NCBI GenBank assembly: GCA_052327205.1
Contig: CM126231.1
Coordinates: 26,908,001-26,972,000 of the forward strand
Reading direction: 5' to 3'
DNA from: Somniosus microcephalus
Taxonomy: Eukaryota
Length of the DNA: 64,000 nt
Part shown: positions 63,001 through 64,000 of the stretch, in pieces
Numbering within the stretch: position 1 is the first letter of the stretch
How the letters are laid out: each line of letters opens with the position of its first letter
The notes under the pieces: model-generated
Seen by the model: only the letters and a program-made list of their open reading frames with translations
Databases searched by the model: none
What the model was told of the DNA's origin: nothing
Made by a program: the position numbers and the translations under genes

Positions 63001-63115
63001 CAAGAAAGAAACAGATGGACTCCGAGATGCTGCAGAGAAGCATGCTCGGGGCAACGTCTCCCAACACACGGCCAATCTGATCTTCCCTTCGTTCTCCTGC
63101 TTTCCTCTCATCCCG
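63001..63115 (-). CDS. NPC1L1: NPC1L1 coding exon (115 bp, sterol-sensing domain region)
   Basis: Translates [38 protein letters not shown](G). Acceptor CAG (ctg at 63116-63118), donor GTAAG (cttac at 62996-63000). Confidence 0.93.
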
Positions 63116-64000
63116 CTGTTGATTGAAACACAGAGTGAGCATGGCGTGTTCTGATTGGAGCAAGATTCCCGGGTCAGGTTTTGATGAACTGCTAGCCTTC
63201 CGGACTCAATATCGAGTTCAACAATTTCAGATCATAACCTCGGCCCCTATTACATTTTTACTTATATTTTTTCCCACCCCTTTGTTTTGGGTTTTCCCTC
63301 CCCCCCCTTTCCTTTTTTTTCTCTCTCCCACATGGCAGCTGTCTCCCACCCTGCCAGTACACTTCACACCTAATCTGAGCCGCCTCTTGTTTCCACTGTC
63401 CTATTACCATCTCGTCTGGTTTTGAATACCTCTTAATGTCTCTTTACTTCTTTTGTTCTATCGCAGCCCTGCCTTCGATCTATTTCATTTCCTTTCCAGT
63501 TTTGAAAAAGGGTTTCGACCCGAAACGTCGACTCTAATTTCTCTCCACGGATGTTGCCTGGCCTGCTGAGTTTTTCTAGCATTTTCTGTTGTTATTCCAC
63601 ATCCCTTTGTTCGGACAGCCTCTTGTTTCCGGATACAGGAAGAAGCTGGTCTTCTGCTGGGCAAGTCTGACCTCCAGCCTCTGTCGCAACCTTCTCTATT
63701 TTCTCTATTTTACTGCGGCGGCAGTAATTCAGAACTTTCCTCTCTTGTGCCTTCCATGCGACAAATAAACCATCCTACCCACTCTTCCTCCTCCCTGAGT
63801 CCTCACCGTGTTGAAATCAAGACTGATTTTAATCTAACTTAATTCTTCCACAGGTCCTGAAAACTGTGAAATTCTTCATTTCCTTCAGTCTCCCTTTCTC
63901 AATTCAATTCAATTCAATTTTATTTGTCATATATGCAGCAGACGTGTGTACTGCACAATGAAATGTTGATTTTTACGAGTCCTCCCAACGTTGGAATAAA

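Noticed and set aside
24105-63115. Calling the gene NPC1 or a Patched-family member
   Set aside because: Motifs (VGLDQELALP, GVAMTNLPG, AQLIQIFFFRLNL, YxNxxF tail without a terminal dileucine) and the separate 56- and 151-bp exons fit NPC1L1.

Overview
Eukaryotic, repeat-dense genomic DNA, most likely from a cartilaginous fish (shark), judged by Deu-domain SINEs, an HE1/V-SINE and abundant CR1/L2 fragments. The right two-thirds hold the 3' half of NPC1L1 on the minus strand. I reconstructed 13 coding exons by hand (63115 down to 24105; 1905 nt, 634 aa plus stop, all GT-AG, phases consistent); the 5' exons lie beyond the window. One NPC1L1 intron carries a young, almost intact 5.1-kb Gypsy LTR retrotransposon (181-bp LTRs, gag-pol broken by a single TGA). 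On the plus strand, convergent with NPC1L1, I found a three-exon gene not visible in the ORF track (11737-11824, 15595-15679, 17609-17669) encoding a 77-aa single-pass membrane microprotein; this is the most interesting item. Also present: two solo LTRs with TSDs, Harbinger-like and Tigger-like MITEs (one with a palindromic repeat array), a 172-bp-arm foldback hairpin, Penelope-like fragments with hammerhead-ribozyme-like cores, a ~1-kb local duplication and a forkhead-motif minisatellite. Almost all listed ORFs are transposon fragments or spurious. No CRISPR or prokaryotic system is supported. Repeat boundaries without TSDs are approximate, and family names are from recall rather than database searches.
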